Source of the DNA: Octopus vulgaris
Taxonomy: Eukaryota
Length of the DNA: 64,000 bases
NCBI GenBank assembly: GCA_951406725.2
Contig: OX597814.1
Location: 120,838,001 to 120,902,000, forward strand
Direction: 5' to 3'
This document shows, piece after piece, positions 26,809 through 41,947 of this stretch (position 1 is the first letter of the stretch; each line of letters begins with the position of its first letter). The notes beneath the pieces were generated by a model, which searched no databases, was not told the origin of the DNA, and saw nothing but the letters and a program-made list of their open reading frames with translations. The position numbers and the translations under genes are program-made.

Positions 26809-27033
26809 TGTATGTATGTATGTATGTATGTATATGTTTGTCCCCCAACATCGCTTGACAACAGATACTGGTGTGTTTACCTCCTCGTAACTTAGCGGGT
26901 CGGCATAAGAGGTCGATCGAATAAGTACTAGGCATACAAAGTATAAGTTCTGTGGTCGTTTCGCTCGACTAAAGGCGGTGCTGCAGCATGGCCACAATCA
27001 AATGACTGAAACATGTAAGAGTAAAAGAGTAAA
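26578..27033 (+). mobile_element. SINE family A
   Basis: Full head, internal microsatellite and tail, as at 3632 and 34181. Confidence 0.9.
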
Positions 27034-27912
27034 TGAGAGACTATACTCATGGTTGCTTGTAATTATGAATCGTGAATGTCATACATATGTACTTACGTCA
27101 AACTAAACGTCACTTAATAATTATCCGCAGCGCGAATATGAAATCACAGTTTTTTTATATTCTCAATCATCAAAAACAAACATGAACTAATGTACTTCAA
27201 TAAATATCTTACTGCGGTATAACTCACTTCCGAATATAATTTCAAAATTTTAGCTTATATTTGTGAAGATACCTTATATGATATATGCAGAAGAGACAAT
27301 TATAGACATTTAGAAAAAACAGCTTCCAAAATATAACTAAAAAAAGAACAAACAAAATATCTTTCTATTAAAATGAGAACATGAAATGCGAAAATGTAAG
27401 TTTAATAGAATGCATAACCTTTCACAATTGTTAAGAAAATTACATCGACCAGACGAGAAATACCACATGTGAATGACTAAGAACACCAAAAGTGTACGTA
27501 CGTCATCGGAACTCTGAAAAATGTCTCTGGGCAAACGTATATGTTTCTATACAAGCAAATTCAAGATTTTTTGTTTTATGCTAATAAATAAGATCTGTTA
27601 TCATATACAAATGAAGAGACTATTAAATCTTATTCTCCTCAAACAACTCTGCTTAAAGCAACGCGAACAATTAGAAAAAAAACTGTATATGCACGTCCTG
27701 ATAATTGTTTTTGGAAAGGGTAGTGGTGGGAAATATATCTTATCTTCTTTCTGAATTTTCACGAAAACAGGAGCAGTAAGTAAATTAACTACAATGCAAG
27801 CAAGACTAACAACAGAAATATCAGTAATAACACCACAGCTATAGGATCAACATTTTCTTCAGAATTTAAACAACGGAAAATAATTTTACTATTACTACTA
27901 AAAAAATAATCT

Positions 27913-27972
<60 letters not shown>

Positions 27973-28395
27973 CATTCCTATAAACACGGTCTACATCAGC
28001 AGTGTCCAGTACATGAAAAATAGACAATGAAATGAGAATTGAGTTTTACTGAAATGGAGTATTGATACCTTTTATATGTGTGTCATGGAATATAATTATA
28101 TTTCTAAGTATCCTTTGTAACGCTCAAACTCATTTACTTGATTTTGATTAAGGTAGATTGTTTGCCGGATATAAAGTTCGCCTATACTACATCACTTACC
28201 TCGGAAGATATGGAAACTTTTTAAATCTCTGTATAATGATATTAAATTATATCTGTGAAATATGTTCTCGCTGTATTTGTTACGCAGTTTTTGACAGGCG
28301 TAGTACTTTCAGGGTTTGTTTAACCTAGACCAGCAACATATATGAAGTAGTGAATTCAGCCTGAGAATCTAAGGTCTATTTCTTACTTTGATTTC

Positions 28396-28479
<84 letters not shown>

Positions 28480-29957
28480 TTGTGTGTGTGTGTGTGTGTG
28501 TATGCGTGTGTGTGCGTGTGTGTATGTATATACATTTTGATTACAAGAAATCGATTATTTTTTTTGTTTCGAATGCAGGTACTAGCATAATTTATAGTGA
28601 TAAAAGTTTAAGATTGTATGAGTTGTGACTGGCAGTGTGTAAGCAAAGAGTAATCACAAATTATATAATTTTCACGACGATTACATGTATGTGGATTTGT
28701 ATTCGGGTTTTGACAGTTGCTGTTGAAATAATCGATGCATTGAGAATAATACAAATTGCACTTAATATTTAATATTTTCTAGTTAGTATTTAGTATTTGG
28801 TATTATTCGGTAAGAGAACCGCATCTGGCTTTTGTTAATGTAATGTATTATACTGTATTATTGATTTGCAATATAATTGCAGCTAAATTTGTGCAAGACG
28901 TTGCTAAGGTGTAGTATGTATAGAGCAGTCAGAGGAATGATACCGTTCTTGGCATCAAACAACGACTATCAACGTCTGTAGGCACCATTCTGGTATCCGG
29001 AAAGATAATTCTGTATTGCAGGGGAAAATGGAAAGTTATCTCCAAATGGTTCATACCTTACATCTTATGCCATGTTTTGACAATTCCGTTTTGCTTTTAG
29101 CTCTGCTATTTTATTGTTTTTATACAGTATTTGATTGAGGTTCTCCTCATAGCTCAGAGTGATCAATCCCATTTCTACAATTGCATCTTGTTTTATTAAT
29201 GCCCAATTATAAGAATTCCTCAATTCATTCTTCTTCTTTCTCATCCTTTATTCACAGTGCACTCTACGACACAGGTGCCTACAGGTAATTTACTAAGCAT
29301 CGACACACCCACTCTCTTTACTATTACATTCTACTATATTACCAGATGTTAATTAACCCCGGTCTAACGTCTTGCCTTCGGCTTCTACTTTCCTGTCAGT
29401 TTAGGCCAACCTTTACGTAATTATTTTCATTTCGTTGTAGAGTCATGTATTAAGCATGCATTTCGATAACAGTAGCCTAACAGTCAATCACATGTTACCG
29501 GTTATGAAACGTAAATTGTTCTACCAATCTACAGTTGCCTTTCACCTACCGAATAATGAAGTATTTTTAATTTACTTACGCATTTTATGACGCGCAAAAT
29601 AACTGACAGGTATGACAGTACGTTTTGTAGCAACTCTTAATTAGAACACGGAGTAGATGGAATGAATTTTTACACGTATCATGTATATATTATGATATCA
29701 TCATGACAGACAAAATTTTATTCCAAATGAATCTAAAGCGAATTGTAATTGGTGGTATACTACCGACACAGACATTTCTGTTTCCCCAATATAATAACTC
29801 CTTTATCATCAATACATTAAATCATTGGAAACAGATCACGACTTCCAGGATAATACATATATGATGAAAAGAACAACAAAATTGTTGCAAGGAGCTGACT
29901 TATTTTTCCCATAAACCTTTTATTGTCTAAATGACCGAGTATCCAGAAATATAAATA

Positions 29958-31456
29958 CGAGGGTGGTGTGATTATGAAGGAATGATGCTAGAGCTGTGGG
30001 ACCTCGCATGCACTAATTTCAACGTCTCTTATTAATAACTGCATTGTTTTGCTCCGAGTAAACTAATATCTGACTATTTAAAGAAAATATTAATACTAAC
30101 TAGTAGAGACTACTCCTGAAAATAGACAAAAATTGGCATCGTGCTGTTACTTAATGCCTGCAGAAAAAAGGGGTTAGTTCGCAAAGACATTCATGCTTAC
30201 ATGATTGCTACATAAGGAGATGACGCCCCAGCTTTATCAACAGTTTAAAAGTGGGTAGCTGAATTTAGGAGGAGAAAGAACAGTCTACAAAATGGCCCAA
30301 AGTGTGGAAGTCTTTTAACTCCACCACCAAGGGAAGCATTTATCGTTTTCATTACAGGGTGAAGGATGATAGGTGATACACTATAAATGAAATAGCCAAA
30401 TGATATTGCCGTATTACCTAAAACAGAGTGCAGAATATTCAGCATAATTAACTTGACATGATGAGAATTTCAGCTCAGTAGTGCCTCGACTTCTGACCCC
30501 TCATAAAAAGCACACCAGGCTGATGAAATCACGGGAAAATCTGACATAGTTTGAGGCAGAAGCAGCTAGTTGCTTTGAACATTTCCCAGCATAAGTCTGT
30601 TGGACTTACCACTTTCAGCCAGAGACCATGAGATAACCAATGCAGAGGAAACACCGTTCCTTACCTGCTCCATAGAAAGACATCTGCAGAGAATGGAAAT
30701 GGCATTGTGTTTATTGATTATATTCAAAAGAGTCACGCCATCAATGGGAAGGATTATGCTAACTTGCTGAGGCAGTGACAAAAGCTTTAATGATCAGCTG
30801 CCCAAGAAAACGGGCGAAACAGGTCTTGCTACATCAGGACAACGCTCCAGCACAGAAGTCCTTTGTTTTAATGTCTGCTGTGCGAGACTGTGGCGTTGAA
30901 CCTCTTGATCACACCTATTTCTCCTAATTTGATATTTAAAGGGAAAAATTTGACAAGACAGTCAGTCGCCCGCTGGCACTCGTTGATGTTACATCGAAGA
31001 GGCCAGGAAACAGAAGAAAGAAGACATGCACCCATCACCAGAGCTGAAGACACCTCCGAAAGGATTGGGGGGGGCACGTCAAAACGGTAGAGAGGAGTAG
31101 GGGCCGAGACCGGACGTGGCTCCTCCTGATGATGCCTTGAGCTAACTGGATCATATAAAGGAGCTGTTGTGGTAGTAGACCACGAAACACGGTTCAAATT
31201 CCTCATCTAGATGTCATCTGCATCCCAACATGATAAAACACTTGACTGGGAACCAGTATCCCAGTCATGATGACATCATATCTCTTGTTGATGAGTTTTT
31301 GATCAACAGCATGAAAGCTTCTTCATCAATGCACTGCCAACCCCGATGAAAGAAGTCCGAGGATCGCAAAGGGAATTATGTTGAAACGTAAACTTCATTT
31401 GATCACATTCCATGAGAGTATATTGGTCAACGTATGTACTTTTCAGCTAACATTCG
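29958..31456 (+). mobile_element. Mariner DNA transposon fossil interrupted by an insertion at 30930-31208
   Basis: TA-CGAGGG start and ..ttcg-TA end; remnants DKNWHRAV, KWVAEFRR, VPRLLT, HQDNAPA, decayed YSPDL, GNYVET*. Confidence 0.85.
30930..31208 (+). mobile_element. Short pLTR-like repeat with two hammerhead-like cores, copy 1
   Basis: Homologous to the minus strand of 57791-58064; TATTTAAA..TCAGT, CTGAAGA, CGAGAC, CTGATGA, CGAAAC. Confidence 0.7.
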
Positions 31457-31814
31457 TAATTCTAGAAATATAAAGGCTGCGCTATAATACGAATATTTAT
31501 TAGGCAAGATGGCGTGTTACACATTATGTATATTATTTAAACATTCATTTATATGTCTGTCGTGAAATTTAAAGCAATAAATAATGTCTTTCGTTGTTGA
31601 CAAAGCAGACGAAAGTAGTTGTCATGGATGATTTTATCATACTTATTTAAAATAGAACAAGTCCTCGCCTGTTGGCATTGTTTGGGTAATAGGTTTGTGA
31701 AGTGAGAGATAAATGTTATTTTAGGAAAGGAACTTATCCTACAAATAAGTGTTTATGTTGTTACAAGAATACGAGAAACCTCGCTGCCCGTTTATAGTTC
31801 TATGGCTTACAAAT

Positions 31815-32117
31815 ATGCCTACGAACATATGGCATAGTGGTTAAGAGCGCGGGCTAATAACCCTAAGATTTCGAGTTCGATTCTAGGCAGTGACCTGAAT
31901 AATAATAATAATAATAATAATAGTAATAATGATATTAATAATAATAATATTAACAAGAAGAAGAAGAAGAAGGAGATCGAAAAATACCTTAGGAAAGAGA
32001 ATCCAGATTCGAAATTTCCCGAAGACACCTGATGAAGCCTGGAGGATATATCAACCGAAACGTTGTCTTAACAAGAAGCAAGATGAGGAAAAATATCCAT
32101 AAATGTAAATAATGTAG
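31815..32117 (+). mobile_element. tRNA-headed SINE family C with (AAT)n spacer and hammerhead-ribozyme tail
   Basis: A box TGGCATAGTGG, B box GAGTTCGATTC; CTGATGA at 32029 and CGAAACGTT at 32056. Confidence 0.85.
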
Positions 32118-32949
32118 ATGGGATATTTGTCATAAATGTGTAGAGAGGAGATGAAGGCAAAACATGAAGCAAAAAAAAAGGGAGATTCTATGTATAATAT
32201 TGTTACTGTGTCTCACCATCGTACATGAGTGCAGTGAGGGTATTCGTAAGAGACCTATGTACTAAAAGACTGGATCCCTTTCACATATTTCCTCTTGGGA
32301 ATAGTAGACTAGACCATATCCTGTATCTGCAAGAAAACATTTTCTTGTTTGTTCTTGTTTTGTTCCATGTTTTATAATTGCGAATATACGAAAGAATCTA
32401 TAATTCGAAATGTTATTTTTTTCATTAATTGCAAATGATTAATTAAGTAAAGAATTTATAGTAGCTAGACTCATCATTACATATTAAAAATATCAGAACA
32501 TTAAAATTAGAGAATTCCTAATTAGTAAGTTGTTCAACATATGAACAAATGTTTCTATATATAGTATCGATACTGCTCTTTGTATCAGTAACTAGCAAAA
32601 TAAACTTGTCTACTTACCTGCGGTATTTCATAAGTTCCCACTTAAGAGAATAGAAAAACAACCTTGTAAAACTTAGTATAAATTAAGATTGTTATGTCAA
32701 GTGCATGATTTTGTATAAATCTTTCAGTAATTTTCCAGTTCTCGACAAAAAAATACCGTTATAAAGATTTATATTAGCACAAACTCTGTTAAATAGTTTT
32801 ATTTGAAATATAGTCGATATTCTGAATTCTATCGTATCATCTCCATGAAAATTATTTCTATTTTCATACATTCCTTCAATGTAATCACATCAATACAAAT
32901 CCTATTATAATGCATCATTCAGTCGTGTTACTTGATAAAAAATAACATA

Positions 32950-33195
32950 TTCCTTTCTTTACTGCCCACAAGGGGCTATACACAGAGGGGACAAACAAGG
33001 CAAGACAAACGGATTAAGTTGATTATATCGATTAAGTTGATTATATAATGTGTAACCGGTACTTAATATATCGACCCCGAAAGGATGAAAGGCAAAGTCG
33101 ACCGCGGCGGAATTTGAACTCAGAACGTAGTGGCAGGCGAAATACGCCTACGCATTTCGCCCAGCGTGTTAACGTTTCTGCCAGCTCGCTGCCTT
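32950..33195 (-). mobile_element. SINE family B
   Basis: Near-full copy ending ctgccagctcgctgcct. Confidence 0.9.
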
Positions 33196-33717
33196 TTAAT
33201 AAAAACATAACATATTACTGTAGCGTTATTGAGATAGATGTATCGCTCTATTTACGTTTAGTGACATCTTTTATGCTGTGTGAAGAGGGGAAAATATGTC
33301 TTACCTGCTTACGATTCTGCCAACTTATCGCCTTTATGTTAAGTAGCACCAATAAAATATTTCGAACATATTAATGCATCTAAAAAATGAAAGGCGTTCA
33401 GATTTTTTTTTCAATATATTGATAGAATAAAGGGTCAAATTGATTTGGTTACTGTCAATTATCCAGTCATTCAGTCAAAACTTATGAAGCTAAAAGTTAT
33501 TTCTTCTAATTGAATGTTTTGATAGATTCTTCAGAAATAAAACTGAAACTATTTGCATATCAAAGGAAAATATATGAAGGGAAAAGAAATAATATATGGG
33601 ATGGGATATAAGCTCCATCAGAAATTTATTTTGTAAAAAATAATTTGAAATAGCGTACAGGAACTCTTAATCATGCATGTAAGTAAGGTTGCCATTCTTA
33701 AGGAATACACCATTATG

Positions 33718-33812
<95 letters not shown>

Positions 33813-33857
33813 AGTATGTATATATGTATATATATATATATATATAAGTATATATAT

Positions 33858-34035
33858 GCTATAGCCCCGGGCATAGTGGATTTGGTAGTATTCATATATA
33901 TGTATATATATATATGTATGTATGTGTGTGTGTTTGTGTGTCTGTATTTGTTCCCCTAGCATTGCTTGACAACCGATGCTGGTATGTTATCGTCCCCGAC
34001 ACTTAGCTGTTCGGCAAAAGGGACCGATGAATAAG
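33858..34035 (+). mobile_element. Partial, internally deleted SINE family A copy
   Basis: Matches 34276-34500. Confidence 0.75.
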
Positions 34036-34048
34036 CAACCTTACATGC

Positions 34049-34094
<46 letters not shown>

Positions 34095-34133
34095 CATAAT
34101 GGTGTATTCATTAAGAATGGCAACCTTACATGC

Positions 34134-34180
<47 letters not shown>

Positions 34181-34183
<3 letters not shown>

Positions 34184-34598
34184 AGCAAGAGTGGCTGTGT
34201 GGTAAATACCTTGCTAACCAACCACATGGTTATGGGTTCAGTCCCACTGCGTGGCATCTTGGGCAAGTGTCTTCTGCTATAGCCCCGGGCCGACCAATGC
34301 CTTGTGAGTGGATTTGGTAGACGGAAACTGAAAGAAGCCTGTCGTGTATATGTATATATATGTGTATGTATGTGTGTGTGTTTGTGTGTCTGTGTTTGTT
34401 CTCCTAGCATTGCTTGACAACCGATGCTGGTGTGTTTACGTCCCCGGGGTCGATTTGCTCGACTTAAGGCGGTTCGGCAAAAATATACCGATAGAATAAG
34501 TACTGGGATTACAAAATAATAAGTCCCGGGGTCGAGTTGCTCGACTAAAGGCGGTGCCCCAGCATGGCCGCAGTCAAATGACTGAAACAAGTAAAAGA

Positions 34599-34600
<2 letters not shown>
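34181..34600 (+). mobile_element. SINE family A
   Basis: Full head and tail. Confidence 0.9.
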
Positions 34601-34662
<62 letters not shown>

Positions 34663-35205
34663 GTATATGTGTGTGTGTGTTTGTGTGTGTGTGTGTATGT
34701 ATTTATGTATGGATGCGATCACATAGAATGGATTGCCAGTCCAGAGTGTGAACTAATGCTATTCCTTCTAATATGATTTGATAGAGTGAAAATATATTAA
34801 TTTTGAAGTGCAAGGAAATATTAGGCTGTCATTGAAAGTGAGTTGCATGAAATTATGCAGCTACGTTGTAATTAACATGAAAAAAATGTTGTTTCTTGAG
34901 GTATGCAAATATGAACTGATAATGTGTTGACTCAAGAGAACATTGCGATAAAACTAAATAGTTGTCAAGATGTTCTATTTTTTAATATTTCCCAATGTAA
35001 TATTTTGGAATTTAGCGAGATATTTCTGATAATACATTTGCAAACGTTCACACGGCGTTTTAGATGTCTAAGATATGAGATATAGAAATCTATGTATTAT
35101 CTGACAAGTCAATGACATGAATATTTTTTGCCGTTAAAACATTTATCATTAAATCTATCAATACAAGAAGCGTTTATCATTAAATCTATAAGAAAAAAGT
35201 TAACT

Positions 35206-35497
35206 TTACGGAGATGTACTTGCATAGCAAGTGACCTGATCTGAGATCGTATGCTAGAACGAAAACATTTGCAACGTGGAAGGTGTTTATAAGCCATTTA
35301 GGAAACACACAAAAACCGTTAGATTCACTTCAACATTTAAATTTTAATTTGCCAAAATATTTTTGGCGCTTTGAGACAGCGATCTGTTCACTACGGAATT
35401 TTGTCAGTGAACAGGTCGCGGTCTCAAAGCGACAATAATATTTTGGCAAATTAAATTTAAATGTTGAAGTGAATCTAACGGTTTTTAGTGTGTGTCT
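35206..35497. mobile_element. Interspersed repeat forming a fold-back with arms of about 88 bp
   Basis: 35305-35392 is the reverse complement of 35406-35495; the left part recurs at 60774-60888. Confidence 0.85.
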
Positions 35498-35522
35498 TAA
35501 AAAAATTAACGAAAGAAATAAA

Positions 35523-35610
35523 GGCGCAAGTGTGGCAACCAAAGCCTTGTGATTGGATTTCGTAAACGGAAACTGAAAGAAGCCCGTTGTATATTACATA
35601 CTATGTATGA

Positions 35611-35665
<55 letters not shown>

Positions 35666-35970
35666 TATATGTTTGTGTCTGTATGTGTTTGTGAGTGAGT
35701 GTGTGTGTGTGTATGTGTGTGTGTGCGTATGTTGCATATATATATATATGTTTGGCGTAGCATCTGTGTGCATTCTCTACCACCGCTTGAAAACTGGCGT
35801 TGGATTTTTTTACTTTCTCGTAACTTAAAGGTTTAGAAAAATCTGTTGATAGCATAAGTACCATCCATTAAAAAATAAGTTGATTTTTTCGACTAAATTT
35901 CTTCAAGGCAGTGCTCCAGCATTGCCGCACCCTGATAACTGAAATAAGTAAGGGATAAGAGATTAAAGAT
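35523..35970 (+). mobile_element. Internally deleted SINE family A
   Basis: ggcgcaagtgtggc..aaagccttgtg..gaaactgaaagaagccc..tail. Confidence 0.8.
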
Positions 35971-36207
35971 AATTGCTTTATGTTAAACCATACTTTTTGC
36001 ATAAAAGCCTCCTCTAAGGAAACACAAGTCTTTTCTCAATCAATCTTAATTTTTTTTTTCTTTAGTAAATCACGTGTTTTTAACTTTACCTAGAACATTC
36101 TAGCTTGGATATAATAACTATACGCTTACCATTTTAAAGCAAAACCAGAAATGTACTCTTGAACTGAAAATAAATATACTACGAAAATCATAACAGCTGC
36201 ACAGAAT

Positions 36208-36415
36208 ACAGTTCTATATTTTAGAGATGAGGAATTGCGTACATTATTTACATTATTTACAATTGATAGATATTTATCCTCATCTTGTTTGCTGTTAACA
36301 CAAGTTTTCGGCTGATATACATTCCAGCCATATGCCCACGGGCATATAGCGTAGTGGTTAAGAACGCGGGCTACTAACCACAAGATTCTGAGTTCGATTC
36401 CAGGCAGTGACCTGC

Positions 36416-36460
<45 letters not shown>

Positions 36461-36605
36461 TCAAAACATACCTTAGGAATGAGAACCCAGGTTCGAAATT
36501 TCCCCAAGACACGTGACGAAGGCTGGAGGGTATATCAGCCGAAACGTTGTGTTGACAACAAACAAGATGACTACAAATATATGTCACTTGTAAATAATGT
36601 AAATA
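36208..36605 (+). mobile_element. SINE family C with an inverted copy of its own 3' tail at the 5' end
   Basis: 36208-36328 is the reverse complement of the family tail; head from about 36335; HHR-like 36508-36553. Confidence 0.85.
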
Positions 36606-38499
36606 AAGCTGGACAGAATATAATATAGATTACTCCCAGATTTTACTTCTTTTAATTATAATATTTATATATAATTCCATGTAAAGAAAGCTAGTGTAGA
36701 TACAGTATACTAAATATATATCAGTTACGTAATCTTTACTTAATAACACCAAAGTTACATCTCATTTATATATTTCACATTTTTTCATATTATGCGAAAT
36801 AATTCTGCATAGAAGTATGACTTTATGTTGAGAAAGCAGATTATTCAAACAATGTTGTCATTACAGCATTAATACTATTTCCTGTTAGAAAACCTGCATT
36901 GTGTTTTAGCAATATTTCGAATATCGGTGCATTGCCCTTAAGATTGTCTTAAAGCGATATGCATTAAATTCCTTAAATCATTAAATACTTCACTTCAATT
37001 AATTTTATGGTGCTATAAAATGTTATTTCATAATTTCGTTGAGAATGGATATTACTTTAATTAAACATATTTAATCATAAATCAAACAATCAGCGTTGGA
37101 AGAAGATGGACGGACTATATTAATGATGTAATGAATAACACCACAGAATCATTTAAAGATAATAATTGCATACAAGTTTAATTAAGGAAAACAATAGGAG
37201 TTAATGATGACAAAAAAAACTACGTTGAGGATAATGCACTGAATATCGAAGTTGGGAAACACACCACACACACACACACACACATACATATATATACACG
37301 CACGCACACAGAAGCACACACATATGCACTCACATTTGAGCGTGTGTATGTGTGAGTCTGTGTGTGTTGTACGTGTGTTGTTTGTATGTTGGAGTGTGGG
37401 TGCCTATTTAAAAATTCTTATCCAAAAGTGACTCTCATGTCAAGCATTCGATTTTATGATTTGTCGATGGGTTTAATCGCCAACCTCGGTAATATTTCTT
37501 GAAGGCCATAAAATTCAGAGACTACAATAACTCTTTAAGAATGTCACCCACTTCCGTAAACTCATAACGGAATTATGTACGCCCTTCTGAAGTGTTTCGT
37601 CTTCGTGTTCTCACTATTACAGATAGTACATTTTCCGTTTCATGAGGAAATCAATATCGGGGCGTATTCCTTAATCTTTGAAAATTGGTAATCTAAAGGA
37701 ATTTAGAATTATGTTTTCCATTTCGAAACACAAAGAACACTTGCATCTATTTCCAATTCATCTAAATTGAATAGTAAATATATTACCTTCTCATTCCGCT
37801 ATATTACACAAATATAGGAGCGATTATTCTTTCCTTTGACCATTGACTGGTAGTAAATAGATTAGCTGGACCATAATGTGAACGGTGCTATTTGTTTTGC
37901 TCCATCAAGCATCAGATTCTAAAGTGCAAGGTGTGAGAGAAAGATAAAGTGAAAATGAGTGGTAGAGAGTTCAAGAAGTGGAAGGGGGAGTGCGAGTGAG
38001 AAGCAGCGCGAGAAGGAGAAGAGAGGTAAAGAGGAACAAAGCGTTTACTGTCACAAAGAACTATACCTCCGGATAAGCAATTACAACCACATAGAACATT
38101 ACCCCTTGGGAAGCAAGTGCGATCTCATAGAACTATACACCCAGCTAACACAGTTATACATTCTTTAGAGCAAAAACTACCCAAGCATTCCGTTATAAAA
38201 AAAAAAACTATTGTTAGATTGAAAACTACATATAATAATATCAAAGTATCGGCCACTTTGTGATACGTTTGTGGCTGAAGCTGTGGAATGAAGATCTCCA
38301 GCATCCTCACTCTGTTGACGATATCCCTGCTCACTGCTATCGGAAGTAATATACTCGTGATTCACAGTGGCTATTCCAGCGCATCACCCAAACCATCCTC
38401 TGGGGCAACGCCTTTAACATGAGGCAGACTGACAAGCCCGTTTAGTTATGTCTCTGGTATGAGAAGGGGGTAAAGTATTTTGATTTAAGCAAGGCATTC

Positions 38500-40350
<1,851 letters not shown>

Positions 40351-40370
40351 CAATAATAATAATAATAATA

Positions 40371-40405
<35 letters not shown>

Positions 40406-40479
40406 AAAATGGCGGCGACACAATGCAAGCACGTTATTTATATATATATGTGTGTGTGTGTGTGCATACATGCGCACGT

Positions 40480-41390
40480 GTATATACAAATAAGGATATG
40501 GGATCTCAATAACAACTCTCGTGGAAACCCCATGAACGACTCATGAAATCACGATGCAACACAACGAGGAAAGAATTAACAGCGAGAATGAAGCTATAGC
40601 CGGTCATAGTGAAGGTTTCACACCCGGTACGTCTGAAACCGCCAGAATCGGTGGCAGTGAGCTGCAGATAAGATACACTCAGCAGATCACATACACTGTG
40701 TGCGCATAAACAGACATAAGTGGATGAAGGAAGAGTACGATACAGTTACTGAATATCATGAAAGAGCAAAGCTGGAAAGAAGTCGCGGAGTAGGTCGACG
40801 TAACTTGAAATTTGGATGGAAAAGGACATGTGTCCAATGTCAAAAAATAACTAATGAACCAAGTGAGAGTGATTAGGAGACAGGGTTACTTAACTGGAGT
40901 AGAAATATTTCGGATTAGTGAGAAACTGAGAGAACCTGCACATGGGCTACAAAGGAAGGTCGGATATGAAAACAGAGAGGTAAGGATTGAAAGCAGGGAG
41001 AAGAGTAGACATGAGTAGCAGGGGCTGTTAAGAATGAGGAAGAGGAACATTATACAGTGAACCCTGATACTGTGGTGGGTGGACATGAAAGGGAAATGAA
41101 CCAACTAGATAATGAATTGCTTGAGATTCAAAGACGACTCACCGACTTGACGAATGCTCTAGAAGAAAAGATCCCCATGAATATGAAAATGGTATATGAG
41201 AGTATGATAAATAAGGTAATACAAAAGATAAATACTGCCATACCATACATACAGACGGAGGACTTAATACAAACAAAGAATCTTCTCCGGGGTATTGCGT
41301 TACTTGTTGAGGAGAAATTACAACTTAAGAGAAACGTATATCATATTAAATATACGATCCATAATATTTACAAAGGGCAGATTCCGAGAT
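40480..41390 (+). mobile_element. Degraded N-terminal part of an R4/Dong-like LINE
   Basis: KW.KEE..V, LMNQVRVIRRQGYLT.VEI, INTAIPYIQTEDLIQTKNLL..IA.LV. Confidence 0.55.
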
Positions 41391-41639
41391 AGGTGAATAA
41401 AATGTAAATGAGTAACAGTAGAGGTGTAGGTGTCAGTCCATTACGGCCGTTTCTAACGACTCCTTTAATTGATTAATGAAAACCTTACATCATTGAAACG
41501 AAACCGCTTTCCTCAGATGAATTCATGATTTTCAAAATAAAGGGGAAACACACACACATACACACTCACACACAGAAAGAAGATGAAGAACTAAGAACTG
41601 TACCAGAGCCTCCCAAAAGTTAACTCGATTATAACACAG

Positions 41640-41870
41640 ACAAGATTGAAGTTAGCTGGAGATCCGCACTGTCATTCAGAGTTGATACTGCATTCAGTGC
41701 TCTTGTGGGAGCCCCTACATGGACACATTAAAAGATGGAGACCGAGGATAACATATGCCGATGCCCTACAGACAGATACTGGTCTCTTGGAGTCCCAGGA
41801 CATAGCAGTAATGATGAGTGACAACGACGGCTGGAGATAACTCGTCCATGGATTCGAAAATTCTACCCGC
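41640..41870 (+). mobile_element. RTE-type LINE 3' end
   Basis: LAG..VLLWEP.HG..RWRPRITY.D.L..DTG..M.D..GWR. Confidence 0.75.
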
Positions 41871-41910
41871 CGTATACATACATCATAACTATCTATCTAT
41901 CTATACACAG

Positions 41911-41947
<37 letters not shown>

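Noticed and set aside
31820-31896. Functional tRNA gene
   Set aside because: Acceptor stem does not close; it is a SINE head continuing into repeat body
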